Source: Chiloscyllium plagiosum (Eukaryota). Taken from it: 64,000 nt of DNA. A program made the position numbers and the translations under genes. Under the pieces are notes generated by a model. The model saw only the letters and a program-made list of their open reading frames with translations, ran no database searches and was not told where the DNA came from. How positions within the stretch are numbered: the first letter of the stretch is position 1; each line of letters begins with the position of its first letter. Positions 62,674 to 64,000 of this stretch are shown piece by piece. Location of the stretch: assembly GCF_004010195.1 (NCBI RefSeq), contig NC_057749.1, positions 6,167,933 through 6,231,932 on the forward strand, read 5' to 3'.

Positions 62674-64000
62674 ACATAGAATATAGAACATTACAGCGCA
62701 GTACAGGCCCTTTGACTCTTGGCTGATGATCCAAGAATGAAAGCCAGCATTCGTCGCTATCTTTATTTCACCTTCTGGTCTGCATGTTGTCAATCTTGCT
62801 ATGTAGTTGGCTCGAGGGAGTGGGAACAACTACATAGTTGCTCCAACTTGTGAAACCAATCTAAAGCCCATTTAACCTATACTATTCCATTATCATCCAT
62901 ATGTTTATCCAATGACTATTTAAATGCCCTTAATGTTGGTGAGTCCACTACTGTCACAGGCAGGGCATTCCACGCCCCTACTACTCTCTGAGTAAAGAAC
63001 CTACCTCTGACATTTGTCCTATATCTATTACCCCTCAATTTAAAGCTATGTCCCCTTGTGCTAGCCATCACCATCTGAGGAAAAAGGCTCTCACTGTCCA
63101 CCCTATCTTACCTTCTGATTATCTTATATGTCTCAATTAAGTCACCTCTCAATCTTCTTCTCTCTAACGAAAATAGCCTCAAATTCCTCAGCCTCTCCTC
63201 ACAAGACCTTCCCTCCATACCAGGCAACATCCTGATAAATCTCCTCTGCACCCTTTCCAATACTTCCACATTGTTCCTACAATGCGGCGACCAGAACTGT
63301 ATGCAATACTCCAAGTGCAGCCACACCAGACTTTTATACAGCTGCAAAATGACTTCATGGCTCCAAAACGCAATCCCTCTACCAATAAAAGCTAACACAC
63401 CATACTCCTCCTTAACAACCCTATCAGCGTGGGTGGCAACTTTCGGGGATCTATGCGCACGGACACGGAGATCTCTCTGCTCATCCACTGTCAAGAATCG
63501 TACCCTTAGCCCAGTACTCTGCATTCCTGTTACTCCTTCCAAAGTGAATCACCTCACACTTTTCTACATTAAACTCCATTTGCCACCTCTCAGCCCAGCT
63601 CTGCAGCTTATCTATGTTCCTCTGTAACCTGCAACATCCTTCCGCACTGTGCACAACTCCACCGACTTTAGAGTCATCCGCAAATTTACTAACCCTTCCA
63701 CACCCTCATCCACGTAATTTATAAAAATGACAAACAGCAGTGGCCCCAAAACAGATCCTTGCAGTACCCTGCTAGTAACAGCACTCCAAGATAAACATTT
63801 CCCCATCAACCGCCACCCTCTGTCTTCTGACAGCTAGTCAATTTCTGATCCAAACCACTAAATAACCCTCAATTCCATGCCTCCATATTTTCTGCAATAG
63901 CTTACCATGGGCAACCTTATCAAATGCTTTACTGAAATCCATATACATCACATCAACCTATTTGGTCACCTTCTCAAAGAACTCAATAAGATTTGTGATG
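62674..64000 (-). mobile_element. CR1 LINE 3' portion running off the right edge of the window
   Basis: [37 protein letters not shown] and TRGHSFKLRG, with a catagaatatagaa tail. Confidence 0.93.

Noticed and set aside
34982..64000. Exons of a downstream neighbour such as NEO1
   Set aside because: None was recognised in the ORF track or by eye. Short exons could have been missed.

Overview
Eukaryotic, repeat-rich vertebrate DNA. The repeat inventory (HE1-type V-SINEs, CR1/HER1 LINEs, Penelope-type palindromes) points to a shark; the species cannot be fixed from sequence alone. The only host coding sequence I can support is the terminal coding exon of an HCN4-type pacemaker channel (33432-34981, +, ending ...VRSKLPSNL). 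No upstream exon was recognised, so 1-33431 appears to be one long intron and 34982-64000 is 3'UTR plus intergenic DNA. The rest is mostly decayed mobile DNA: a near full-length CR1 LINE (20991-25420, -), many CR1 fragments, a Gmr1-like Gypsy element with integrase upstream of RT (12250-17670, -), SINEs, and Rex1/L2 remnants. There is one assembly gap (55980-56692). The most striking unexplained-by-ORFs signal is a set of ~130-220 bp fold-back elements with 14-15 bp target-site duplications whose centres carry minimal hammerhead-ribozyme motifs. These fall into three sequence families that vary in stem II but keep the core. Repeat boundaries were read by eye and are approximate.
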